Positions 27,913-36,925 of a stretch of 64,000 nt of DNA are shown here, piece by piece. Location: the IMG/VR virus record IMGVR_UViG_3300027763_000047, positions 6,308-70,307 of that record. One strand, written 5' to 3'. Made by a program: the position numbers and the translations under genes. Position 1 is the stretch's first letter; each line of letters opens with the position of its first letter. Source of the DNA: a virus. Lineage: Duplodnaviria; Heunggongvirae; Uroviricota; Caudoviricetes. The notes beneath the pieces are model-generated. The model was not told the DNA's origin. It was given only the letters and a program-made list of their open reading frames with translations, and searched no databases.

Positions 27913-28124
27913 TGGAAATTGATATGACAGAATTTGTTCTTACCCGTAAACAAGTGTTACAATTATCGGAAATTGCTAGCAAGTTTCCACATGTACAACA
28001 TTACACCATCTCCTTTAGTAATGAATCTGGAATTGGCACTAGTGTAACAGCTAAGTTTGTATTATTTGACGATGCCAAAGACTTTGATGCAACAGTGGAT
28101 CTCACGGATTTAGGTTCATGGTGA
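27912..28124 (+). CDS. small hypothetical protein
   Basis: 70 aa. Confidence 0.45.
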   Translation: MEIDMTEFVLTRKQVLQLSEIASKFPHVQHYTISFSNESGIGTSVTAKFVLFDDAKDFDATVDLTDLGSW

Positions 28125-28181
28125 TAAGGAGATATAAATGCCAATACGAACTAGAACTATATTTAATTAATAGGACAAAAA

Positions 28182-28598
28182 ATGCTTGATTGTTTGATTG
28201 TAGGCGATTCAATCGCCGTTGGTACTAAGATGTTTATGCCCCACTGCCAGTTACAGGGCAAAGGTGGTATTAATACCTGGCAGTTTAATAAGATGTACAA
28301 GGGCAGTTTTTATGCTGATACAGTTATTATCAGTCTAGGTTCAAACGACCATAAAGGTGTAAAGACCTATGATGAACTGTTTGAAATGCGTCAGCGTGTA
28401 GGTGCTAAGAATGTATTTTGGGTATTGCCAGCAGGCAATAATCCTGCAGGTGGTGTATCAATTGAAAAAATTCAAAGTATCGTGAAAGAAATCGCCAGTA
28501 GTTATGGTGATACAGTATTGCCTATTACACGATTACAACCTGATGGAATTCATCCATCATGGGCAGGTTACAAAAATATTGCAGAGAAAGCAAAATGA
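28182..28598 (+). CDS. SGNH/GDSL-type hydrolase
   Basis: LIVGDSIAVG, SLGSNDH, C-terminal DGIHP. Confidence 0.6.
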   Translation: MLDCLIVGDSIAVGTKMFMPHCQLQGKGGINTWQFNKMYKGSFYADTVIISLGSNDHKGVKTYDELFEMRQRVGAKNVFWVLPAGNNPAGGVSIEKIQSIVKEIASSYGDTVLPITRLQPDGIHPSWAGYKNIAEKAK

Positions 28599-28825
28599 AC
28601 GAACAGAAGATTAAAGAATTGGTGCTAGCCGCAGGTGCTGAGTATCATTTTGGAGGGGATATTTTGGTAAACAATGTGCATATATTTGCTGAAAAGTTGA
28701 TTGAGTTGACTGTTAAGGAATGTATTTCTGTCTTAGAAGAAGAAGTTGTGGGGTCGATTGACCGGCATGGCGATAACGTCTACCTGGACCTTATATTAAA
28801 CAAACATTTTGGAGTTGACAAATGA
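28595..28825 (+). CDS. small protein of the HFGVEE paralog family
   Basis: FAEKLIELTVKECI ... LNKHFGVDK; ATGA coupled. Confidence 0.5.
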   Translation: MNEQKIKELVLAAGAEYHFGGDILVNNVHIFAEKLIELTVKECISVLEEEVVGSIDRHGDNVYLDLILNKHFGVDK

Positions 28826-29013
28826 ATTTTTTAATTACCTTATACAATAATACTTTGGATTGGCTGGAACGTCATGAAAAAATAGTATTGGGATTTATCT
28901 TGGGAGTAATCTCATTCACTGTGCTGATGTTATTACTAAACGCACATTGGGTCGCAGCAGGTATTTTTGCTGTGCTTACATTTCTTAATTTTTACCTCAA
29001 CAGAAACAAATAA
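28822..29013 (+). CDS. small membrane protein
   Basis: two hydrophobic segments. Confidence 0.45.
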   Translation: MNFLITLYNNTLDWLERHEKIVLGFILGVISFTVLMLLLNAHWVAAGIFAVLTFLNFYLNRNK

Positions 29014-29018
29014 GTAAT

Positions 29019-29171
29019 ATGAAAACTTTAATTCACTCCGGATGGGTTATAACTTGGCTATTTGGAATAGTATTAGCTAAAGGTTTTTGGAGTACATTAG
29101 TTGCAGTAATCTTCCCACTATGGGGATACTACTTGGTAGCTGAATACGTAGTACTGAAGTACTTACAATAG
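29019..29171 (+). CDS. small membrane protein (50 aa), not in track
   Basis: MKTLIHSGWVITWLFGIVLAKGFW... Confidence 0.35.
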   Translation: MKTLIHSGWVITWLFGIVLAKGFWSTLVAVIFPLWGYYLVAEYVVLKYLQ

Positions 29172-29179
29172 GAGTTATT

Positions 29180-29371
29180 ATGAATGCAGATCGCAGAATG
29201 GTAGCAGAAGCTGTAGTACAAGGTCTAGTTAGTGAAGAACATTTGACCTTATCAGAGTTAAATGAGATGATTGAAATATTAAGCGATGTATCAATTCATC
29301 AAGGACTTGAAGACGCTCGTCTTCGTGGATGTATTGTATTTTATGGATTTGACATAGAAACAATACATTAA
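29180..29371 (+). CDS. small hypothetical protein
   Basis: 63 aa. Confidence 0.4.
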   Translation: MNADRRMVAEAVVQGLVSEEHLTLSELNEMIEILSDVSIHQGLEDARLRGCIVFYGFDIETIH

Positions 29372-29503
29372 GTACCGCTATAACTACCATTATATGCGTA
29401 GTTATAGCAGTTAAGTACAAGGTTATTCAAAAGATTTGTTAGTTAAATAATCTTGCTATATAATATGTTACTCAATGTAGTTCAATTTAAAAAAGGAAAA
29501 GTA

Positions 29504-30673
29504 ATGAAATTTACTCAAAAAATGCTGGCAGCAGCTTTACTGGCACTAGGTCTTGGATCTAGCGCAGCTCACGCCGCAGACTCGTCTGTGACACTATACG
29601 GTATCTTAGATGCCGGTCTCCAAGGCTCTTCACAAAGTTTGTCCAACGGTTACTCATCAAGTAATGTTGGATTGGCCTCTGGTGTGCAGTCAGGCAATCG
29701 CTTTGGTATCAAAGGTTCGGAAGATTTAGGTTCAGGTCTTCGTGCTACTTTTGCTCTTGAAGCAGGCTTCAACTTAGGTAGTGGTGTTAGTCAGCAAAAT
29801 GGCACCTTGTTTGGTCGTCAATCATGGGTTGGTGTTGAAAGCAGCTCGTTAGGTTACGCTCGTGTAGGTAAGCAATATAACTTTGCAACAGACTATGTTG
29901 GCGCAATTGATCCATTCCTCTTGGGATTTGGTCAGGCTAATATGGGTACCACATTCGGTGCTGCTAATACTACCCGTTATAACAACATGGTTAAGTATCA
30001 GACACCAACATGGAATGGCTTAACAGCTGGTGTTGGTTATTCGTTTGCTAACGGCTTGGCTAGTTTGTATGCTGATCCAGCTAACTACGGTGGATATGTT
30101 GCTGCTAACACATACAACTATGCCACAGCTAACAACGCTCGTACATTAACAGCTGGTATTAAGTATGCGTCTGGTCCCGTGACTGTTGTTGGTTCATATG
30201 ATGTTATGTATGGTCCTGAAAACATTGTTGGTTCAAATGCTGCTAATCCATCACAGTGGATTGTGGGCGGTGCGTATGACTTCTCAGTTGCTAAAATTGC
30301 TGCTGCGTACAGTCAGTCACGTAACGGTTGGATCAATGGACAAGCTAGTGTAGACCCAACATTCACAGCCAACACTTATAACAGTGGTGCCGGTGCCGTG
30401 TTGTATAGTCCTTCGTTTGGTGCTAACAGCTATCTAGTAGGTGCTACTGTTCCTGTAACAGGCGCACAGAAAGTATTTGCCAGCTATCAATATGCTACTC
30501 CGGTCGCATCAATGGCTGCTGCTGCTAATCTGAGCATTTATTCAGTTGGTTATCAATATGACTTGTCAAAGCGTACCAATGCGTATGCCTATGCTAGTCA
30601 GGCTCAAAACTATGCGTTCTTAGACGGTGCCAAGAGCACAGTTTATGGACTTGGTTTACGGCATCAGTTCTAG
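29504..30673 (+). CDS. Gram-negative outer-membrane porin (betaproteobacterial porin_4-like)
   Basis: signal peptide ending AHA-AD; VTLYGILDAG; C-terminal ...GLRHQF; start at ATG 29504 after AAGGAAAAG. Confidence 0.75.
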   Translation: MKFTQKMLAAALLALGLGSSAAHAADSSVTLYGILDAGLQGSSQSLSNGYSSSNVGLASGVQSGNRFGIKGSEDLGSGLRATFALEAGFNLGSGVSQQNGTLFGRQSWVGVESSSLGYARVGKQYNFATDYVGAIDPFLLGFGQANMGTTFGAANTTRYNNMVKYQTPTWNGLTAGVGYSFANGLASLYADPANYGGYVAANTYNYATANNARTLTAGIKYASGPVTVVGSYDVMYGPENIVGSNAANPSQWIVGGAYDFSVAKIAAAYSQSRNGWINGQASVDPTFTANTYNSGAGAVLYSPSFGANSYLVGATVPVTGAQKVFASYQYATPVASMAAAANLSIYSVGYQYDLSKRTNAYAYASQAQNYAFLDGAKSTVYGLGLRHQF

Positions 30674-30688
30674 AAGTAAAAGGATAAC

Positions 30689-31228
30689 ATGAACAAGTTT
30701 TTATCAATCGTTATCCTAGCACTGGCTTCCGCTTCAGCGGTTGCTGGTGGCTATGTAACAGCAACCGACGGCAGCATCGTTAAGACTGGTAGTGATTTGT
30801 GTTTACACACAGGTTATTACACAGCTACTGATGCAGTTAAAGGTTGTGACGCAGTTCCAGTTACCCCAGCTAAGCCAGCATCAATCACGCTTGACTCAGA
30901 TGTATTGTTTAAGTTTGATTCGGCAACGCTAACCGCAGACGGTGTGAAAGCACTGGACGTGGTTGCAGCCAAAGCCGGTGGCGTTGTAATCATCGTAGGA
31001 CACACTGATCGTATTGGATCTAGTCGATACAATCAATCTTTAAGTGTTGCTCGTGCTGACACCGTTGCAAAATATGTAGGTGCAAAGGCAAAAGCAGATT
31101 ACTCAGTAACTGGAGTTGGATCCACACAACCAAGTGGCAAAACAAAACAATGTATTGGCCCTATGAGCCCGCAACTTATTGCTTGTTTAGCACCTGATCG
31201 TCGTGTAGTTATTACTATCGTTAAGTAA
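30689..31228 (+). CDS. OmpA-family C-terminal domain protein (signal peptide)
   Basis: VIIVGHTDRIGSSRYNQSLSVARADTV OmpA-like motif. Confidence 0.75.
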   Translation: MNKFLSIVILALASASAVAGGYVTATDGSIVKTGSDLCLHTGYYTATDAVKGCDAVPVTPAKPASITLDSDVLFKFDSATLTADGVKALDVVAAKAGGVVIIVGHTDRIGSSRYNQSLSVARADTVAKYVGAKAKADYSVTGVGSTQPSGKTKQCIGPMSPQLIACLAPDRRVVITIVK

Positions 31229-31331
31229 CATGGCTTGGGCCTCTGCGGTTTAACCGTACGCCTGAGTTTTCTAAATATAGCAACAAAACCCTACCCTGCC
31301 TCTCGCAGAAGCACACTTTGGAGGGTTACTC

Positions 31332-31362
31332 GGGACACAGTAATGTGTCCCATTTCTTTCTC
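31332..31362 (+). terminator. rho-independent terminator
   Basis: gggacaca-gtaa-tgtgtccc followed by atttctttctc. Confidence 0.65.
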
Positions 31363-31391
31363 TTGACATTTAATTCATCAACAACTATACT
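31363..31391 (+). promoter_or_regulatory. sigma70-type promoter
   Basis: ttgacatttaattcatcaacaactatact. Confidence 0.6.
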
Positions 31392-31451
31392 GTTATTATA
31401 GCAGTAAGAAGAATTTTATGCAGGTAACTCTCAAGATTAGGAACTATTATA

Positions 31452-31628
31452 ATGATTAGACTTTGGTTAATATTTGTTGTACTTTCAATATTAATTCATT
31501 TGGGTATCTCCACCTGGAGAAATATGAAAGGTAAGGATCGATGGGCATTGACTAAGTCCATTGGTTATAGTATAATTGTTGCATTACTAGTTGTTCTATT
31601 CTTAACTTCAATCGTTATTTTATTCTAA
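31452..31628 (+). CDS. small two-TM membrane protein (58 aa), not in track
   Basis: MIRLWLIFVVLSILIHLG... Confidence 0.4.
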   Translation: MIRLWLIFVVLSILIHLGISTWRNMKGKDRWALTKSIGYSIIVALLVVLFLTSIVILF

Positions 31629-31636
31629 GGAATTAT

Positions 31637-32434
31637 ATGAAACAAATTTTTAAATTGGCAGTTGTAGCAGGTCTTATCGCAACCACAGTTGGTTGTCAGC
31701 GTATTGAAACCGGCGAAGTAGGTGTACGAGTTGGCTTTGATAAACAAGTAAAACCAGGCGAGTTGCAACCAGGTTCTTTTAATCAAACACTAATTGGTGA
31801 TGTACTTACATTCCCTGTTCGTGATGTATCAGTTAAGATTGATGACATGACTCCGCTTGCCAAAGACAACAGCACTATGAAAGACATGGATGTTACTGTT
31901 ATCTATAACATCAATCCAACGCAAGTTAGCGAATTGTATGTTAGCAAGAACCGTAGCTTTCACGTTAAGCACAATGGTGACACTTACTTGATGTACAACT
32001 ACATTTTCAATGCCGCACGAAATGCTGCTTACAAAGCTGCTCGTAAGTATGACGCATTGACTATGAACGACAGTCGTGCGTTAATGGAACAGGATATGAA
32101 AGACATCATTGCCAAGACCTTGGCAGATGAAAATCTTGCTGGTTCAATTACAGTAAGCCAAGTTCTTATTCGTGCGCTAACTCCAGCAGACTCAGTGGTT
32201 GCGTCAGCCAATGAATTGGTACGTTCTAAGAACGAGCTGTTGCAAAAGGAGGTTGAAGTCAAAACAGCCGAAGCAGAATCTCGTCGTATGGCAGCACTTA
32301 CCAATCAAAGCTCGGCCAGTATTGCTTACATGAATGCTCAGGCTGCGTTAAACATCTCCGAAGGTGTCAAGAACGGTAAGGTGCAGACCATTATTGTTCC
32401 CAGCAACATGACCGGCTTGATGATTGGCAAGTAA
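31637..32434 (+). CDS. SPFH/band-7 domain lipoprotein
   Basis: lipobox LIATTVGC; ETGEVGVRVGF...DVTVIYNINP SPFH-like core. Confidence 0.55.
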   Translation: MKQIFKLAVVAGLIATTVGCQRIETGEVGVRVGFDKQVKPGELQPGSFNQTLIGDVLTFPVRDVSVKIDDMTPLAKDNSTMKDMDVTVIYNINPTQVSELYVSKNRSFHVKHNGDTYLMYNYIFNAARNAAYKAARKYDALTMNDSRALMEQDMKDIIAKTLADENLAGSITVSQVLIRALTPADSVVASANELVRSKNELLQKEVEVKTAEAESRRMAALTNQSSASIAYMNAQAALNISEGVKNGKVQTIIVPSNMTGLMIGK

Positions 32435-32684
32435 TATGAACGAACGATTTCAGCAACTATTGAAACAGAGTACCAATCCTCCCTGGGATGGTGAGCAGGG
32501 CCCAATGAACGAATTTAATTTGGAACGGTTCGCTGAGTCGATTGTAAGAGAATGTGCCAAGTATATCAATGAACGCACTCAAGACTGGGATGCCGATTTG
32601 CGGTGGATCTTCAATGACGGTTCTGGTGATATGGCAGTCAATGTTGACGAATTATTAAATAGACATTTCGGAGTTGAAGAATGA
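32424..32684 (+). CDS. small protein of the HFGVEE family
   Basis: FAESIVRECAKYI ... LNRHFGVEE. Confidence 0.55.
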   Translation: MASNMNERFQQLLKQSTNPPWDGEQGPMNEFNLERFAESIVRECAKYINERTQDWDADLRWIFNDGSGDMAVNVDELLNRHFGVEE

Positions 32685-32878
32685 ACGAACGAATTAGAGA
32701 GCTTGCTGATGATGCTGGATTTATGGATTCTTGGTTTTCCGAATCCGGTGATGATTGTGAACGAGAACTTAAAAAGTTCGCCGAGTTGATTGTCGAAGAA
32801 TGTATTAATATTTGTATTTCCAATAGAAACGATGACTCTGCCCAGTACATCGAAAAACATTTCGGAGTTGAAGAATGA
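32681..32878 (+). CDS. small protein of the HFGVEE family
   Basis: FAELIVEECINICI ... IEKHFGVEE. Confidence 0.55.
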   Translation: MNERIRELADDAGFMDSWFSESGDDCERELKKFAELIVEECINICISNRNDDSAQYIEKHFGVEE

Positions 32879-33138
32879 ACTTAGAACTGGTAGCCAAGCT
32901 ATACGAGCAATCATATAAGACAGTACCACATAACCCCACCAGCGGCTTTGATGCTAAATTGGAGGATCGTGTGTTTGTACCAGAGTTGTTCGCCGAGTTA
33001 CTGGTCATGGAATGCTATGAAAGTTGCAGAAGTCAGGTACTTGATAAAGAAACTGCTGACACAAACGAACTAACATATAATGATGCTGTTGGTGATTGTG
33101 CAATTGGGTTATTACAACATTTTGGGATGATGGAATGA
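32875..33138 (+). CDS. small protein of the HFGVEE family
   Basis: FAELLVMECYESC ... LLQHFGMME. Confidence 0.5.
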   Translation: MNLELVAKLYEQSYKTVPHNPTSGFDAKLEDRVFVPELFAELLVMECYESCRSQVLDKETADTNELTYNDAVGDCAIGLLQHFGMME

Positions 33139-33281
33139 AGAAAACATTGGCTGTGCTACTTACAATTACTTTCCCAATTTGGTGTATCCCTGCTGTGCTG
33201 GGGTCACTAGCTTACTTGGCAGTGGCTACACTATATAAAGAAATGTTGGCATTTTTAGAATGGCTTGGAGTTAAAGAATGA
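33135..33281 (+). CDS. small membrane peptide
   Basis: ATGA-coupled; ends LEWLGVKE using the same junction cassette. Confidence 0.4.
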   Translation: MKKTLAVLLTITFPIWCIPAVLGSLAYLAVATLYKEMLAFLEWLGVKE

Positions 33282-33733
33282 CAAATCGTAGAGGATTTTT
33301 ACAATCAGTATCGGCAGCATTGGGGTCAACCCTGTTGTCTGGTAGTACAGTTGCATCAGTATTGACAGCCGCACCTGTAGCATCAGGAGTAGCCACAGTG
33401 GCCGCAGTTGCGGCAGTGGCCAGACAGTTTAAGTCGAGTGGTGTTGTTCTTGATGCTGCCACGCTTGAACCAATATCTCGGGTGGTGATATTTAATGGAG
33501 ACGAGTCAGTAATTAAAGAAGACGTGAAGTATTCTGAGATATTTGACGATCCGGCAAGACTAGCAGAAATTGAAGAATTGGATAAATTATATCCTAATTC
33601 CAATGTGCATAGTAAATGGACCTTGGCGGCGACACGTTTGGTACTGGAAAAGAAAGGCATGCCACCACTTACTGCCGAGGAAGAAATTATGATTATTGAA
33701 GGTCGAAAGCCCGTGGTTGGAGTCGAGGGATGA
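33278..33733 (+). CDS. Tat-signal (twin-arginine) secreted protein
   Basis: MTNRRGFLQSVSAALGSTLLSG... Confidence 0.5.
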   Translation: MTNRRGFLQSVSAALGSTLLSGSTVASVLTAAPVASGVATVAAVAAVARQFKSSGVVLDAATLEPISRVVIFNGDESVIKEDVKYSEIFDDPARLAEIEELDKLYPNSNVHSKWTLAATRLVLEKKGMPPLTAEEEIMIIEGRKPVVGVEG

Positions 33734-34302
33734 CGTGGCCATTGGCTTCTCCATTGAAAGAAAATACCAACTGGATCGTTAGGGATAACGTCTTTAGTAA
33801 TATTGAGCTTGATCAAATAATTAAATTAGGCAACAGTATTACCTCCAGTACCGGTACGATAGGTTCTGAAATAACTAACGAATATCGTAAATCCAGTATA
33901 GCCTGGCTGGATACTGAAGATCCAGAATTCGATTGGATATATGCCACGCTTGCACCAGTGATTACTGAAATCAATGATGCATATTATCGATTTGATCTGA
34001 AGTCCCTCCAGACTTTACAGTTTACCCGGTATACCACCGCTGGCGTATATAAACCGCATACCGATCTGGGTAGGCAAAAGCCCACTAGAAAGTTGAGTTT
34101 TACTGTACAATTATCTGATACGACAAATTACGAAGGTGGAGATTTGCGTTTTTTAAATTTAAAGACAACCCCCGAGTCAGCCCCCAGGGCTCGAGGAAAA
34201 ATTATTTTCTTCCCCAGCTGGATGACTCACGAGATAACTCCCGTGACCCAGGGTACACGATATAGTCTAGTTGGGTGGGTAGAAGGACCGTTATTCAGAT
34301 GA
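33730..34302 (+). CDS. 2OG-Fe(II) oxygenase (prolyl-4-hydroxylase-like)
   Basis: YKPHTDL (HxD), WMTHEI (His), RYSLVGW (Arg). Confidence 0.7.
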   Translation: MTWPLASPLKENTNWIVRDNVFSNIELDQIIKLGNSITSSTGTIGSEITNEYRKSSIAWLDTEDPEFDWIYATLAPVITEINDAYYRFDLKSLQTLQFTRYTTAGVYKPHTDLGRQKPTRKLSFTVQLSDTTNYEGGDLRFLNLKTTPESAPRARGKIIFFPSWMTHEITPVTQGTRYSLVGWVEGPLFR

Positions 34303-34417
34303 CGTCGGTAACGGCATCTGTATCGTTTTTGGCTAACCAGGTCAAGATGAATACTAAATTCAGATGAAATCTGCATGATGTGGATCAGTACGCTGTATCG
34401 GTATAAATACTATTATC

Positions 34418-36358
34418 ATGAAAATACACGAAATTACCTTGTTATTCGAGGGTTATCCCCAAGCTCAAGATGCTTTTATTCAGCAATCGGGCGGTGATAC
34501 TGCATCAGTACAAAAAACTATCGCCGACTTTCGTCAGTTGGTGAATAGAAATCAGATCAAAGACACAAACCAAAAGAATATCGATTGGTGGGCCAAACAG
34601 GGCTGGGATAAGTTCAATGCTTTTGTCAATCAGGCATCAGCAATACCCAGCAAGACGCAAATGACCAGAAAGAAAATACCTGGGCAAAGCATCAACTTGG
34701 TGGATGATGCTCAGTGGCTCATCGTTGTGCCACTGGACAAGGAAGCCAGCTGTTTTCATGGAAGAAACAGCAGTTGGTGTACTACTAAAGTTCATCAGGA
34801 ACATTTTGAAAATTACTTCTACAACAATGAAGTAACCTTGATATATTGCTTTAATAAAGCCACTGGTGGTATGTGGGCTATAGCGGCACATAAAAGAACA
34901 GATCGCATGGAAATGTTTACACAACAAGATGCATCAATATCGGCAGAACAATTTACACAACTGACTGGTCTAGATCCTCAACAGTTACGATCCATGGCTC
35001 TGGGTGACGTTCATCAACCTGCAGTACAGGCATCCAGAGATCAATGGAAGGAATCTGTAGCATTGACAAAACAATTGATGGCTACAATGCCACGCGGCAC
35101 CAGATCGGCAGAAATAGAAAAGCAATTGGAGTATAATAAAGTAGGGGGATTATGCTTTGATTATATCTACCGATTTCAGTCAATTGAATCCAAAGACTTT
35201 CCGTTGTCGATACAGATATCGGCAATTAACAAAAATGGTGCCGTATTGGACCGAATCAATAATCCTGTTCAAGCTGTGCAACTGGCAGCAGTCAAGAAGG
35301 AAAATCTTGGGTTGAAAACCATCATTGCTCATGGAGCCAAGCCCAATGAAGCCGTACAACTGGCAGCAGTCACACAACACGGTCCTGCTATAGGTTTCCT
35401 GAAAGCCGCCGGCATCACTCCCAGCGAGGCTGTTCAAATGGCAGCAGTAAATCAGAGCGGTACTGCTATACATTCCATCATATCGAATGGTATCGTGCCC
35501 AGTGATGAGGTGCAAATAGCAGCAGTAACTCAGAATCCAGAAGCAATAAAATTCATAATCACAGATTTGGGCACTGAGCCAAGTCATGCTGTGCAAATGG
35601 CAGCAGTCAAACGTTACGGCGGAACGTTTCGAATGTTGATGAATCATGGAATTGTTCCCAGCAAAGACGTTCAAGAAGAAGCAATAGCCAGGGACGGCCT
35701 TAGTATACAATATTTGAAAAATCCCAATGAGAGATTACAATTGGCCGCAGTTAGCAATGTTGGCAGGGCTATATTGTTTATTCTCCGGGCCGGCATCAGA
35801 CCAAGTCACGCGGTGCAATTGGCAGCAGTGACGCAGGATGGGCTGGCACTCGATTATATCTTACAGGATAAAATTAAACCAGAGTATGATGTGCTATTAG
35901 CAGCAGTGACCCAGGATGGCCGTGCCATTGAATATATCCAAAATCCCGACGAGCGATTACAGATAGCCGCAGCCAAGAGAAATAGTGGTGCATTAAAACT
36001 TTTAATGAAAGCTGGAATAACCCCCAGTTATGCCGTACAGATGGCGTCAGTTACTCATGATCCCTGGTCTATAAAATATTTGAAAAATCCCGATGAGAGA
36101 TTACAATTGGCCGCAGTCAACAATCATGGTGGTGCATTACATGAAATAATCAAATCTGGAATTCTTCCCAGCGAGGCGGTACAATTGGCCGCGGTCAAAT
36201 CAAGCCCCATAGTATTACGTATGATCCAAAATCCCAGCATGGCGGTTCGCGACGCTGCACACATAGCAGCACAAGAGAAAAAAGCTCAAGAGGATGCTGC
36301 TATAAACGCTGCCAGAGCTGCCAGAGCTGCTCAAGGTGCCCAAGCAGCACCGGCCTAA
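34418..36358 (+). CDS. repeat protein with about 14 tandem ~37-aa repeats (DUF4116-like)
   Basis: repeats P-S-x-A-V-Q-[LM]-A-A-V-x-Q-x-G-x-A-[IL]-x-[YF]-[IL]; TATAAATA 10 nt upstream. Confidence 0.55.
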   Translation: MKIHEITLLFEGYPQAQDAFIQQSGGDTASVQKTIADFRQLVNRNQIKDTNQKNIDWWAKQGWDKFNAFVNQASAIPSKTQMTRKKIPGQSINLVDDAQWLIVVPLDKEASCFHGRNSSWCTTKVHQEHFENYFYNNEVTLIYCFNKATGGMWAIAAHKRTDRMEMFTQQDASISAEQFTQLTGLDPQQLRSMALGDVHQPAVQASRDQWKESVALTKQLMATMPRGTRSAEIEKQLEYNKVGGLCFDYIYRFQSIESKDFPLSIQISAINKNGAVLDRINNPVQAVQLAAVKKENLGLKTIIAHGAKPNEAVQLAAVTQHGPAIGFLKAAGITPSEAVQMAAVNQSGTAIHSIISNGIVPSDEVQIAAVTQNPEAIKFIITDLGTEPSHAVQMAAVKRYGGTFRMLMNHGIVPSKDVQEEAIARDGLSIQYLKNPNERLQLAAVSNVGRAILFILRAGIRPSHAVQLAAVTQDGLALDYILQDKIKPEYDVLLAAVTQDGRAIEYIQNPDERLQIAAAKRNSGALKLLMKAGITPSYAVQMASVTHDPWSIKYLKNPDERLQLAAVNNHGGALHEIIKSGILPSEAVQLAAVKSSPIVLRMIQNPSMAVRDAAHIAAQEKKAQEDAAINAARAARAAQGAQAAPA

Positions 36359-36441
36359 AAGGCAGCATAATTTAAATGAGGACCTTGGCGCTCTATGTAT
36401 CAGTTTTGGCTAACTAGGTCAAGAAAAATAATAAATTATGG

Positions 36442-36470
36442 TTGACATTTAATCAAAGGTCAGCTATAAT
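36442..36470 (+). promoter_or_regulatory. perfect consensus sigma70 promoter
   Basis: ttgacatttaatcaaaggtcagctataat. Confidence 0.7.
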
Positions 36471-36542
36471 GTAGTTGTAGTATGTAGTTAAGTTTAACTT
36501 TTATTTTAATCAACTTTGAAAGGCATCTTAGAAAGGCATCTT

Positions 36543-36866
36543 ATGAAACAAGAAAATTTATTTAAAGTAGCAGGTACCTCCAACCATAATGGAGAAATTA
36601 AAGTACGTTTTGCCAATGACTTGGTATCGCGTATTAAGGCCCTGCATCGCGCAGGTCACACTGATGTTAACCTCGTTGAGCTACCCAAGCCAATGACCAA
36701 ACTGGAAGCAGTTCAGTATCTGCAGTCAGTTGGATACAATCAAGGTGACGTTGGTTATATCGTATCAGCTAAATTGGCTGAGAAAACCAAAATCGCCAAG
36801 AAAGGCGAAGTTAAGGTTAAGTCTGCAAAGGTTAGTAAACCAGCTAAAGTCGCTGAAACAGTTTAA
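36543..36866 (+). CDS. small protein with lysine-rich C-terminal tail (possible DNA-binding)
   Basis: KTKIAKKGEVKVKSAKVSKPAKV tail; alternative ATG 36516. Confidence 0.45.
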   Translation: MKQENLFKVAGTSNHNGEIKVRFANDLVSRIKALHRAGHTDVNLVELPKPMTKLEAVQYLQSVGYNQGDVGYIVSAKLAEKTKIAKKGEVKVKSAKVSKPAKVAETV

Positions 36867-36878
36867 TTTTTCAGCAAA

Positions 36879-36904
36879 AAGGCGGCTAACAAGCCGCTTT
36901 TCCA
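36879..36904 (+). terminator. rho-independent terminator
   Basis: ggcggct-aaca-agccgc followed by ttttcc. Confidence 0.55.
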
Positions 36905-36925
36905 CGAACTCGAATAATTAAATAT

